This document shows positions 25,228 through 37,046 of a stretch of DNA of 64,000 nucleotides, in pieces (position 1 is the stretch's first letter; every line of letters begins with the position of its first letter). This DNA is from Psammoneis japonica (lineage: Eukaryota). Below the pieces are notes generated by a model. It was given only the letters and a program-made list of their open reading frames with translations. It had not been told where the DNA came from and ran no database searches. Location: NCBI GenBank assembly GCA_008632985.1, contig QPGO01000270.1:1-64000 (forward strand), written 5' to 3'. Made by a program: the position numbers and the translations under genes.

Positions 25228-25960
25228 GTTGGGTGGTTGGCCAGTTGGAGCATCCGCTGGTGGCAAAATTGGCTCCCGTGTGGACAACACACAGATGGAA
25301 GGAAGGACAGCCACTCCCATCTGTTTGAGCATGGGTTTGAAATGAGCTCAATGAGCTGATTCCAGATCTGATCGCTGCTGGTTTGGAGCACCCGTCCATT
25401 GTGCTGCTGGGTTTTGCGCGCTGTCTCGCGACAAAGCACACCACATGTGCTGCATCGTGCAGCCAAGCTGCATTCACACCACAGGGCAAAAGAGAGCAAG
25501 ATGTTGCATTGTGACTGTTGCTTTGATGAAGAAGCAAAAAGTGCTCCAAACAAGAAGAGGCAACTGCCAAGTCAAGACCCAAGTGGGGAAGAGCCGCAAT
25601 CACCAACAGCTGTTTGCAACACCCAAGAGCTGCACATTGGCTGCATGGATCAGCTCCTCTTCTCTCTTGGAAACAAACATTCCATTTTTCCTTTTCCATG
25701 TCATGCATGGTGCGCTGTCAACAACGGAAATCAAAATGTCATTTTCTGCACTTGCCATGGGAAACTGGCAGAAGCAACAATGGCGCCGGGTGGTTGGCCG
25801 GTTGGAGTGTCCACAGGTGGCAAATTCAGCTCAGGTGCAGATGACACACAGACATGAGGAAGAATGGCTGTTCTGAGCCATTTGAGCATGGATTTGGAAT
25901 GAGCTCGATGAGCTGGTTACAGATCAGTTGACAATGGTTCGGAGCTCCCGTCCAATGCAT
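25228..25960. repeat. Two ~170-bp diverged direct repeats (25228-25405 and 25788-25960)
   Basis: Shared gggtggttggcc.gttggag... and tttgagcatgg.tttg.aatgagctc.atgagctg. Confidence 0.65.
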
Positions 25961-26265
25961 GGTTTGGTTTCCTGCGACATCATTCTCTAAAAACAATTTA
26001 GTCCAGGAGTGCATTTGTCTTACAACATGAGGTTCAAAATTGCACTTTGAATCCCCAAACCATGTTCCCCTGCAAGTGCTTGTGAAGGTTTCATTCTTCT
26101 TTCGTTGTTGCACTCGGCTTTTTGATGAAAATGCATCGACGATTGAAAATCTGGCTCGGCCAAGCTGAATCCTGGTGGTAGAATTCGTACTGAAGTCTAC
26201 GGTGCTCCAGAAATTGCGAGCGAACATTTGGCTACGTTTATTGCGATGTTTGCGTTAATTTTGCC

Positions 26266-27027
26266 ATGACGCACCATCAAGCTGTGGCGGCCATGGCGTT
26301 CAGCCTTTCCCAGTGGGAACCCTGTCCTCCTCTTGAGGCTCCTTCTGTTGCTGGCCAATACATGCGTATTGATCCTTATCATTCTGAAAGAGACTTGCCT
26401 CTGTTGTGGAACGCGTTGGGGGGCACAAAAGAAAAGGTTAACGAACGACTCGGGTACTTCTACTGGTTCGGCGACAAGCCCTACGAATCACCACAAGATC
26501 TGGGAAAAGTTCTGGAGGGTGTTAAGCGAGAAAACAATTCTTGTGTCAATATCTTTCGACTGCAAGAATCATCCAACAATAATAATGAGATTTGTGGCAT
26601 GGCATCCTTTCTCAATGCATCACCGCTGCACGGAACCGTCGAGGTTGGTTACGTTGCTCATGGTCTCAACATGGCACAGAGTCCTGCTTCGACGGAGGCA
26701 CATTATTTGCTAGCCAAGCATGTCTTTTCACATGGTTATCGTCGATATGAATGGAAATGTGACTCCAACAACGGTCCTTCCAAGCAGACCGCACTGCGAC
26801 TGGGCTTTGAGTACGAGGGCACCTTTCGACAACACCGTATCCTTTGGGACCGTAAGAATCGTGATACGTGTTGGTATTCCATGTTGGATTATGAATGGCC
26901 TCAACGACAGGCTGCGTTTGAGGCGTGGTTGTCAAATGACAATTTCTTAGAGGACGGAACACAGGTAAAACGCCTAGCAGAGATCCGAAAAGAATTGACG
27001 AGTGACGAGCACAACTGTTCCAGGTGA
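26266..27027 (+). CDS. GNAT N-acetyltransferase, RimJ/RimL-like
   Basis: HGTVEVGYV, STEAHYLL, GYRRYEWKCDSNN.PS...ALRLGFEYEGTFRQH, NRDTCWYSMLDYEWP. Confidence 0.9.
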   Translation: MTHHQAVAAMAFSLSQWEPCPPLEAPSVAGQYMRIDPYHSERDLPLLWNALGGTKEKVNERLGYFYWFGDKPYESPQDLGKVLEGVKRENNSCVNIFRLQESSNNNNEICGMASFLNASPLHGTVEVGYVAHGLNMAQSPASTEAHYLLAKHVFSHGYRRYEWKCDSNNGPSKQTALRLGFEYEGTFRQHRILWDRKNRDTCWYSMLDYEWPQRQAAFEAWLSNDNFLEDGTQVKRLAEIRKELTSDEHNCSR

Positions 27028-27266
27028 CAGAGATTACCACTTTAAGCTAATCTTACTGGTAAGGCCAGGATCGGGTGATAAGTGTATTGGCATGCCATTG
27101 GAACTTTGCAACAACTTGAACTGCAAAACCCGCAACTCGGTTCTGTTTTACCTCTAGCGTTGGCATTCCAGAGGTAATTTACATAATGGAACTTGTTTGG
27201 AATGTGTTCGTCACGCTCTCATGCATGCGAGACGACCAAGATCGCTCCCAACTCGGAAGTGTGAGA

Positions 27267-28925
27267 CTACTTCAATCTATACTTCTTACGTACAAGCAAA
27301 TTAGCACTCTGGCTACTTTTGGCTTGGTTCTCTTTGAACACAGCAACGGCCTTTCGGATGTTGCGTAGATGGGAGCCTTTGGCAATCCCCGCAAAGTCCC
27401 GGATATTCCTCAACAGGGGAGTGTGATTAATCTCGCACATGATTCGTTGATCGTCGTGCACACAAACGGCACAGAGGAATCCTCTTACAAAGTTATCATG
27501 CTCTGCCAATTCCTTCATGGCTCGAGAATGATACTCTTTCAATTTTTCTTTCGTCAAGATAGGACCCGGACCATTGATTCCTCGTCGTTCCCGCCATTTT
27601 CCATAGCAACAGCACATAAAGTATTTATCGCTCATCGCCCAAATAGCTAATTCGTAATTGCCGTTGCGCAATTCATCCGAAGCGAATAAAAATAGCCATG
27701 GGTCTCTTTCCATCACTTGAGTCATAAACTCAGCATCAGCAAGGAGGTCGTCGTCTGCCAATTCAAATGACTCTTATTTTCTATAGTATTTCACGCAATA
27801 ACGAGCGACCAACAAGAACTTCTGGCGGTCACTTCTCCAATCCTTTGGATGATTTCTCAAAATTGGAAGACCTCTCCGAAGCCAAATTTCACTTAAATCA
27901 TCTGTCCACATGGAGCACTCGGTAAGGATTTCTGAAAAATCTTGGAGTAGGTAACAATAGGGCTGCTTGTGGCCAACACGCTCAAGCTGAGAGGCCACAA
28001 ATCCAGGAAAAGCCTCAATGAATGCTTTGGTCGTCCGAAACAAATTGTTTGCATCTTTTTCGATGCAATCGCGAACCAAATCTTGATGAGCGATCTGATC
28101 AATTTCCTCAAGGAGTGAGAAGTCCTTGATGCAGGCTTCTTTGAAATGATCGCCACCAGGCTGTAAACACCAAGCAGCTTTACGAATGACTCTTTGAGCA
28201 GAAGACTCGTCACTTGATAGGAGCTTCTCCCACACTTGATGATCTCGACGAAGCGAAGGGTGGCGATGAAAAATAGCAACCGCAGCTTCAACAAGGTGAT
28301 CACTAAAACCCGTCGGATGAAAACGACTTAACAGGGGGTCCTCCTTCAATCCAAATGATGCATCCCACGGATCAAGAATCATTCGACACAAGTCTAAGTC
28401 ATCCTTTAAACTTGTTGGAACATATTCCCACCAAAGGTATCCATTTTTCACAGCATCAATGATCATTTTTTGAGTCACAATCGGAACTTCCGAAGCGTTG
28501 TTTACCAAGCCAAGCGTAAGCGCCTTCATGGACAAGTAAGCATAGCCACGCCACTCTTCTGCAGTTGGTTTTACTTTGCTCCATGGTAGTAAGCCATTCT
28601 CACAGGCCTTGACCGCCGCCGCGCGATCATTTTCCAACAACATTGACACGGCCTCTTGCAGCACCTCGTCGCTCACTTCCGAAGCATCCTCAGTGCGAAA
28701 CAAGTCACTCGCAATGGCTTCAGCAATCGCCGTGGGGTTGTTTTTGATCGAATCAGGCATGCAGCGCCACGTTTTCGACACATTTCCAGGATTGCAGAGC
28801 AGCTTCATGGCAGCTCGTGAGGCGTCGTCTTTTTGTTTGAGCTCCTTCTCGTGCTCCTCTTGCAACGCACGGATTTCGTCACTGACAAGCTCTGCTCGCT
28901 TCCTCTTTTTATCGTCGGGATCCAT
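27267..28925 (-). pseudogene. DUF4116-like repeat protein with one in-frame TAA at 27774-27776
   Basis: Two ORFs in the same frame; ADDDLLADAEFM...FLFASDELR motifs. Confidence 0.6.
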
Positions 28926-30766
28926 TCTTCTGTTTTCTTATATTTCTGTTCTGGAAGACGCCTGCTAGAGAGAGAACGAGTGCTGTAAGTTCAATGTCAA
29001 CGGCGGATGACACAATCATTTTTGTAAGGGTGGACATGCGTGATGTGCAGACGTACTGTGTAGTTGAAGTCGGTAGGGCCTCTAGATAGCCTGGCTTGCC
29101 TCCTGCCTCATCTCCACGCCACGGCTGCAGATCTTGCGGCGGGGCGGGAGGCGGGAGAGGATCGACAACTCCTCTCAGGTGTAAATGACAGACATTCATC
29201 GTGTTGCAGTTGTCATCCCGGTGAAATTTGGTTGGCGTGCAATCCAGGAGGACTTCAGCCGCAGATGCCATGGCAACCACGGGGCCATCCATCACTGCAC
29301 AAAGACAAGCCTCTGCCGCTGACTGCCATGCCAGACATCAGGTGGGTGGGTGTTGCTGACAGCACCGCCCCTCCCTTCAGAAACTTTGAGCAGGGCAGGA
29401 GGAGGACACAAGAGGAGCTACAATCAAGGTCACTCCTGCTGAGCAAGCACACCCAGACTCTTGTCGCCAGCTGATGCAGGCAACACAGCACACCACAGAT
29501 TTTGAGACTCACCCAGCAATGTCATCGCTGCAGCTTGACCACTCTCCCATCACCGCACTGAGCAGTGGTGGCAGCAACCAAGTGCAGCACAGATGACAAA
29601 GTGGCAACAAGAGCCCATGGTGAGAGGTGGGGGAAGGGAGCAGCAGACCAAGTTCAAAGGGAGTTGTCGTGAGCTCAGCCATGTTGCGCACAATGTTGTG
29701 GCCAACCAAGAGATGTTTGTGAAGACTGACAAGGCTGCAGAAGACAACATTGGCAGAGAGCACATCAACGTGGGGGCTTTTGCACCAGACCACCAAATTT
29801 CAAACTTGAGCCACTTGTGCCCCTGACTGATCCATGTGGCAGCACTTCCCAACCAGCTCCATAAAAAAGGTGGAGGTCAGCTGCAAAATGTGTCAAGATT
29901 GTTGCCTTCAAGCAAGGTGCAAGAGTGCAGGCCAAGTGTTTGCTTTGATGCTCAGACAGTGCACTCAACCACCACACAACTGCATGGAAGAACAATTGGA
30001 ACAGGCCAAAATTGATGCCAACATGCCAGTGTCATCAAGTTGCTTGGCCTGCCTGACTTGCAACTGCAGGGTTCAGAAACAAATGTGAAAAAATGTCAGG
30101 CACGCATCACCATTGACACCTGACACTCACTTTTGTTGACAGGGTTGACACTGTCTCCAAAGCACATGAGTTTGTTCTAGAGAATGCCATCAAAACAAAA
30201 AAGCAGTGGCATGCCCAGATCTTGCTTTGTCATTCCATCTGTCTGAAACACTCTGCACTGCTTGATCATCATGCCAGCACTTGGCAAATGCGGCAAAAAG
30301 AGCAGACAAAATGCAAACAACCCAGGACTTGTTGTTGGCGAACTTCATGTTGATTTCATTGCAGTTGGTCTCTGCTGCACTGTGCTGCAGCAGGTTTGCA
30401 AAAGTGACAAAAAACGGTTGAATGCACACAAAAAAAATCATGTGACAGCGCATTCAGTGTGAGAAGATTGCAGCAAAGGCAGACTGCACGTTGTTGTGGG
30501 TTGGGAAGCTGTCCCAATTCAAACAGACCCAAAGACAAAACTCTGGTTTCAATGGATTTTTGGCAATTTTTTCATGTTCATGGCCGGCTAAAAGGAAAAT
30601 GGAAAAATCGTGGTTTTCGTGGCGAAGTTTCACACAGCAAAGATGTGCAGAAGCACAAAAAGCACACATGCCTCATGCGGCCAGAGCAATTTGTTGTACA
30701 AAATTGCACACGAGTGAAGCAGCGGCTGGCGGCCATGATGATGCCATCCGACACACATCGTAAGAC

Positions 30767-31110
30767 AGCCCAAACAAGTGGGTTGCTTTGGTGAATTCAG
30801 AACATGTGTGCTGCCAACATTGCCCTTGACATTGCCACACCTGCAATTGCTGTTTTCAGGGGGCTCCAAAAAACCGCCTTGTGGACCCGAGTCCAGAGGA
30901 GTTCCTTCAGGTGGCTTGGGCTGATCCGACACATGTCACAAGAGAGCCCAAACAAGCAGGTTGCTTTGGTGAATTCAAAATGTGTGTCCCACTTATGTTG
31001 CAGTGCCCTCGACATTGCCACATCTGCAATTGTTGTTTTCAGGGGGCTCCAAAAAACCGCCTTGTGGACCTGAGTCTGGGAGGAGTTCCTTCTGGTGGCT
31101 TGGGCCAATC
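30767..31110. repeat. Tandem duplication, ~180-bp unit x2
   Basis: agcccaaacaag...ttttcagggggctccaaaaaaccgccttgtggacc at ~30767 and ~30945. Confidence 0.85.
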
Positions 31111-31149
31111 TTGCAAAGGCGGGTCCGGCTCATCATCATCCAAGATTTT

Positions 31150-32900
31150 TTTCAGCTCATTCTTGCACACATGAACTCGCCTGCCAAGGGCAACGCAAGT
31201 GGGAAGCTTTTAGTCTTGCCCTCTCCTGCCTGGTTGTTTTTGAACCTCAGGGCTCACCCCCTCAAACTCCAACATCTTTGCCATGCATCCATCCTCCAGA
31301 TGCCTTGTGCATGCAGACAGGTTGTTGTCATCCACTTCTTTTGATTCCAGAGTTGTCTTGTCCTCCTCATGGGCTGCGTGTTCAACAAGTTGCGCTGGAG
31401 CAGAGACTTCTCGGTCATGCAATGTGGAGCTGGGATGTTTTTCCAAGAGCAGGGGTTGTTGTGAAACTGCCAGTCTTTGAACAAATCTTTCAACAACGTG
31501 GAAACCATCATTTTCTTGTTGTCCTTTTTCTCAGACACAGCCCTGGCTGCTGAATTGCATGTCAAAGTTCTTGCAGCTGCTGGAAGAAAGTTTGGTGCTG
31601 CAGCAGGTGTGGTTGCGGCAGCAGCACTGGGTGTGGCGGTGGCAGCACTGGGTTTGGTTGCAACTGGTGGAGCTTGTGCAGGTGAGGGCACTCATGGTCT
31701 TGGGCTCTTGTTGCTCTCCTCTGTGTTGCTGTTTCTCTGGGGTGCTGCCTTGATGCTCTGGCTCCCAGCAGAGTTTTCAATGGTGACAGCTTGTTTTGTG
31801 ATGCCTGGAGTTCTTGTTGTTGCTCCTGCATTTTGCTGTTGTTGCTGGTGCAGGGTCATTTGCAATGAGGCAAGAGTGCAGTGATCAACTCTTTTTCTTC
31901 TACCAGCATTGCCACCATTTGCCTTGGTTCCAACAGAACATTTGACTGTTGATTGACAACCGCCATCACTTGGGCCTGTCCTCCACCTGGAGCAACTTGG
32001 GCCATTTCTGGATTGCATTTTTGGAAGTCTTTCATGATTGTGGTGGACCACTCATCAAGAACAGCCTCTGGAGAAATCCCTGGGAATCAGGCATTGGAAA
32101 TGCTTGCACTTCTGGCAGCAGTGCGAAGTTTCGTTGCCACTGCATTGTGGTCCTTGCACTCTTGGGTCACTCGGACATGATGCATCATCAATGGTGCAAG
32201 TCCCGTCCAAAGGATTTGGTGCAGCCTGACACGCTCCAGCTCTGGGTGGGACCTCGTGCTGCTGAACTGTGACATCAACAGTTTTTTGGATCGCGCCGCA
32301 TGTCGCGCATGTAGATGGCTGTGTGTGATGTTCTACGAAATTGTTTCATGCTTCATGTTTTGCAGAGCCAAAGGCTTTCTATTTTCAACATTTGTGACAA
32401 TGAGAGTGTGCTGGGCACATTCTTTTGTGTCTGTAGAACACACCCATGCAAACTGTTGTTGATGCACTGCAAGTGTGAAGGAGGAGATGTGTTCATAAAA
32501 TTGCCTCTTTTTCTGTTGGTGATCATTCACATTTTCATTGCTCAACAAATTTGCTGTGGAGCTCGCACGCAGAATTCTTCATGCCCAATGTCACACAGAG
32601 TCCCACCTGGGATTGGAACCCGTTGCCCGCTCTGCTTGTCTTTAAATCCCTGCACTGAAATGACAAATGTTTTCATCAGCAATTCCTCCACCTGTGCAGC
32701 AACATGCATTCCCAGGCTCTCGAGTCGGGGGACCCTTGTGTTGACATCAACGTCATCATGTCGACAAAGGGCCTCAGCAGCTCTGGGTCCCAGCACAAAC
32801 AAAGTGCAGTCTGCACGGGAATCCAACAACATGCCAGTGGTGTGCCCTGAACGACAACAAACACACCAACGGCATCCACCTCACTCGATGTTTCAGTGGC
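31150..32900 (-). mobile_element. Decayed tyrosine-recombinase (Crypton-like) element, interrupted by a MITE
   Basis: CRSGHTTGMLLDSR resembles the YR G-H/W...Y box with Tyr replaced; downstream APLMMHH...KLRTAAR...VLDEWSTTIMKDF; recalled similarity only. Confidence 0.45.
32228..32624 (+). mobile_element. MITE, older diverged subfamily
   Basis: gacacgctccag...ttggaacccgtt; TSD GCCT/GCCC; body aligns with the 24154 copy. Confidence 0.75.
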
Positions 32901-33806
32901 TGTGTGCTCTCTGTTTAGACAAGTCTGCCGCCAGATGAAGGACCATGTCAAAGCAAACTGCGCGGCACAATCCTCATCTGGTTTCCTTTTCTTTCCTTGT
33001 CTGGGAAAATTCAGGGCTGAATTTTGTCTTGTGCGTCGTGCGCAGAAGCTGCACCCCACGCATGAAAACTGCAGAAACATCGCCACACAGACTCTGGTGC
33101 AAATTCCATTTTCGCGAGGTTGTCCACACGGAAATGGGCACAGTGCACAGGGAAAAAGGAGGGAATCAGACCATTGAGCACACACAAATAAAAGATGAGA
33201 GCGCATTCAGTGCAAGAGGTGGCGAGAAAACCAGAGGCAACAGGAATCATTCGGCCCTGAGAGTCATCACGTAGAAATTGTGTGGAAGAGCACCAAAAAT
33301 CATTGTTGTCAGTCTGTCCATCAGTCCACACATGAACATCAACTTCTCGGGAAATCAATTGAAATTCTGTCTGATCGACGGTATTTTGATTCACATGGTG
33401 AAGGCCAACACCGTCGATCAGACAGCATTTCAATTCAGTTCCCGAAAAGTTGTTAGCTCTAATCACTCTCTCGCATGACATTGTGTACATTTCTACACGA
33501 TTTTGTGTTTTTCCTTATGTAAAATATTAATTATGACTCATGCGACATTTTCGAATGATTCCTGTTGAGACCTGCAGTGGATTCTGGCCTGTTCCAGCTC
33601 CAGGTGATGCGCACGGGTTCGATTCTATGGGCACAACATCCAGTAGAAACCGTTCCATAATCAACTTTATATAGAATTGAAAGAATCAATAAATTTGGTG
33701 TTCGCCGAAACTTGACTAGTTCGACTGATTGTTTTTGCCCACTACTGCACGCTGAACAAGGTTGTGGTGGAAACGTTGTTTCATTATCTGAGCCTGTGGT
33801 TTCATC

Positions 33807-34112
33807 GACGCGTTCCAGCCCTAGTAGGTGGGAGCTCGTAGTACTGACGTGTGACACAAATAATTTTTATCATCCGTCGTATGTTTCGCACGTACATTTC
33901 TACGTGTGACATTATAAAAAAATTGTCCAGACTCGCTGTTTTGCGAAGCCCCAGACGTTTTATATAAACAAATTTATAGAAACAAATGTGCACCAGTTAC
34001 ATTCTTAAATGTCTGAAGAATGTTGTTACCGTGTAATTTTAATACAGAGCTTGCACGTAGAATTCTACGGGCCCAATGTCACACGGATTCCCACCTGCGT
34101 CTGGAACGCGTC
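33807..34112 (+). mobile_element. MITE, internally deleted, least mutated copy, no TSD
   Basis: Perfect TIRs GACGCGTTCCAG...CTGGAACGCGTC; flanks CATC/GGTG do not match. Confidence 0.9.
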
Positions 34113-35025
34113 GGTGACAATTGTTGCAATCTGCCACTCTTGGGAAGAGCAGTGCTGCCGGCAGAATTGCAGGCACCGGGAACAAGCAAGACCACGTTGC
34201 CATGAGTCATCAATCCACCTCTCGCAGGAAGAGCTGCATTGCTGGCAAGTGCCGCCAGGAATGAGTGTGATGTGCAACCGCACTGCTGCGAGCAGGTGGG
34301 CAGGAGCACGCAGCAGTTGGGTGGGTGGCATGATTTTTTTGGTGCGTGTCAAAGACTTGTGCACTCCAAATTCTTGACACCACTTGTTCCCATTTCCAGC
34401 ACTGATCTTTCTGCTTGCTGCATGTTTTCCAGGGTTTGCACCATTTTGCACAGGTTGATGTGGAGCGCACTTGCTCTGCTGGTGGAGTGAATGGATGGGG
34501 AAAGTGAGCTCTGCTTGATTTGCATGCACCCCACCAAAGGTGGTGTTGGAGCAGACAGACAGGTGCATTAGAGAAGGTGGCACATCAGTGCCAGGCAGAA
34601 GGGGAAATGCTGTTGATCAATGTGCACTCTGCTTTTTCACTCCAACCATGTGCGCTCCCTTTGCAACGGGGAACCCGTCAACATGTTCACTCATCGGGGT
34701 CTTGCACACAGAATGTGGCACTCTGAATGTTCAAGTTTTTTGGTCGAACCCGATGCCTTGAAGGCATTGACAGCATGAAGCAAATTCTGTGCCATTCTGG
34801 CCCATGCAGCCACAAACCCAAACAATGCCCTGGTGTCCTGCTGTTTGCGGTTGACATGCCCCAAGTCTCTCACAGAGGCATGTGTTCTTCAAGCCAGCCA
34901 GAAGGTCAAGAGTCACATCATCAACACACAGCCCTGCACACCCAATGCTTTGACAGTGCAAGGGGGGTTTAATCTGGCAATTAACATGGTGTTTGCCAAC
35001 AAGCTCCTGCTCTTTCTTGCCTCCA

Positions 35026-35297
35026 GACGCGTTCCAGCCCTGGGTGGGAGCTCGTAGCACTGACGTGTGACACAAATAATTTTTGTCATCCATCGTGTGA
35101 ATGTCTGAAGAGGCAACTGGCCAAGTAAAAAATGATGTGCTTCAATCATGTGCGAGTTTGTGCGTTCGCAAAATTGCCTCATTTTCTGTTGGCGAACATT
35201 GACACTTAAATTGCCGTGTGATTTTACTGCGGAGCTCGCACGTAGAATTCTGCGGGCTCAATGTCACATGGATTCCCACCTGCGTCTGGAACGCGTC
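35026..35297 (+). mobile_element. MITE, internally deleted
   Basis: Perfect 12-bp TIRs; TSD TCCA. Confidence 0.92.
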
Positions 35298-37046
35298 TCC
35301 AGTGCCATGCAGTTCTTTTGCCAAAAAAGACACTTGTTGTTGTGCTCAAATGACCAATCCCATCTTGTTGCAGCGCTGCCAAACTCAACGCACGAGGCAG
35401 CCAAAACACATCATTTTGGCACAGAGAACATTGTCCAGCTTGAAAGCTTGTGTGCTGAGCTGGTTGGGACAAACTAAATGCACAACCCACAGATGCTGCT
35501 GGCTGATGCAAGAACCACTGTCAAATGCTGTGCTCCCAGAGTTTTGGTTGAGGAATGGTCTGCTGGCAAATGGGTGGAGAAACAATGATGATGACAAACA
35601 ATGCAGCATTTTGACTTCCATGAGTGCAGACACATGTGTTTTGTGATCAGCACCTTCTCTGTCTCCAGACAACAGAAGAAAGCTCACAAACACAGAGCAA
35701 ACCACAGACGCAAACAAAAAGGGAATCCTGTGTAAAATGCCATGAGATTGGCCATGAGAGCCCAGCATGGGCAATTGTTTCCCGAGAAAGGTGTGCAAGT
35801 TTTGCCAACTCATGCTGTTTGTCTGAGTTGCATCTGGAACTGTTCAATTCCAGATTGGGGCAATCCACCAGAGCTGTGTTTGTCCACTCTAGAGCTGGTG
35901 CAACCTGCCCCCGCATGCAGAGTTCTGCCAACAAGTCGCTGCGCAGCAGTGTGTGGTTGTTTTTGACAACTTCTCTCTTGACTTCATGACTGCATGAGCA
36001 GCTCCAATCAACAATGTGGAGCAGTTGTTGTGTGTTTTGAGATGGAAATGACAGCATGCTGTGCCGCTCTTTTTCTGAAATGGACCTGCCACAGTGAAAG
36101 AATTTTTCAGGTGTTTTCGTGCATCGCAGAAAGCCACGCACAAGGACCCCCAGACATGGAAGAAACCTCACAGAGCAGCTTGGATGTGGTGGATTGAGCA
36201 GCATTGTTTGCAAGCTGAGAGATTTTAGACCAGGTGGTCTGAGCAGACTGAGAAGTGGGTGCAAAAGCTCTCCACTTGAAAGTTCTCACTGAAGACACCC
36301 CACATGGAGTCTGTCACGCTTGCATTGGACAAAAGAGAAACAACACATGCAGACTCAACAAAATGTCATGGTTCAATGGCATCCTTTTTGTGCTCATTGG
36401 TCTGAAATTGCTGCTGCTGTGGGCGCCCATGCTGTTTCTGCAATGCTTCGTTGTCGCTCCGCAACAACACATCGCAACACTTGCCCCCCAATCTAGCACT
36501 GTTTAATTCCAAATTTGTTCCAATGCAGAACTGTGGACTTCCAGATTGTCCCAGTCTAGAACCACACAACAATTCTGGATTATCCCAATCTTGAACAATT
36601 TTGGAATTGTGTTGGTCCAATCTAGAATTGCGCACACCACGTTCTGCCTTGCAGAATAAAGAGACAAATTATGCATGACCAAACCTGTCCATTGTGACCA
36701 CTGAAATACTCTATGAAGAGTCATTTGTTAGAAAAAAGACTTTTTCAGGTCATTTCGTGGATGTTACTGGAAATGTATTACAGTACGATCGTGTCTATTG
36801 CCCACGACAGGAAATGACAGTTTGGGGCTTTCGCGCGCGTTGGTTCACAATTTTTCGACTTTCAACTGATGCTTTGGACATTTCTGGACGATGATATTCC
36901 CGCAAATCATACCGTATGAATAGTCCTGTGCACGACCCAACGCCTCACTCCCCCGCAAAAAAAAAAAAAAAACATCACTCTCTTGACTTCCTCACAATTT
37001 GCCGTTTGGGATAAAGTGAACGCTCCCCCATCCCTCCCTCTTGAAT

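Noticed and set aside
26266..27027. GNAT gene as the effector of the hypermutation
   Set aside because: An ordinary RimJ/RimL-like acetyltransferase; no deaminase (HxE…PCxxC) gene was seen in this window.
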